A stretch of DNA of 64,000 nt from Mobula hypostoma (lineage: Eukaryota). The notes beneath the pieces are model-generated. The model ran no database searches. It was not told the DNA's origin and saw only the letters and a list, made by a program, of their open reading frames with translations. Where the stretch lies: contig NC_086108.1 of the NCBI RefSeq assembly GCF_963921235.1, forward strand, positions 23,994,001 to 24,058,000, read 5' to 3'. Positions within the stretch are counted from its first letter, which is position 1; the number at the start of each line of letters is the position of its first letter. The translations under genes and the position numbers were made by a program. Shown here one piece after another: positions 63,716-64,000 of this stretch.

Positions 63716-64000
63716 ATTTTTATTGCTTCTTGAGATGCTGGCAGTATAGTCAAAACAATATTCCTGAAACCAGTGTGCCTAATAACTTAAGAATCTCCCT
63801 AACTTAAACTAGTTAGCTCAAGGATTAGGGAAGGTTTCCTTTCTTGAGCTTTTTGTAACAATCTGTTCTTCCTGATGCTAGTTGATAAATTTATCCATTT
63901 ATATGCAGAATCTCCCATGATTTGAAGGGTAAGGCCTTTATAGATCAAAAATTTAATGTCATACTATCAACTTGGTGAGATAAAACAACCCAGTAATGAA

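Overview
This is vertebrate genomic DNA, most likely from a cartilaginous fish (ray or shark), judging from the repeat families. The only host coding sequence I can support is two minus-strand exons of an astrotactin gene, best matching ASTN1 (MACPF region): a 105-nt exon at 60979-61083 and a 189-nt exon at 6310-6498. They have canonical GT/AG sites and join in frame across a 54,480-nt intron. The rest of the window is intron densely filled with transposable elements. These include a decayed Gmr1-type Gypsy element (integrase upstream of RT) with its 3' LTR, a solo LTR with a 5-bp TSD and an internal minisatellite, and DNA transposon derivatives (hAT/Charlie, piggyBac, probable Sola, Tc1-like). 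There are also many LINE fragments (CR1, Rex1/Babar, Tx1/L1, RTE, Hero), SINEs, and at least ten Penelope-derived copies. The most notable non-coding signal is a minimal type-I hammerhead ribozyme motif in the Penelope terminal repeat. It recurs in tiny (130-400 bp), often fold-back insertions with their own target-site duplications. All family assignments come from motif recognition only; no searches were run.
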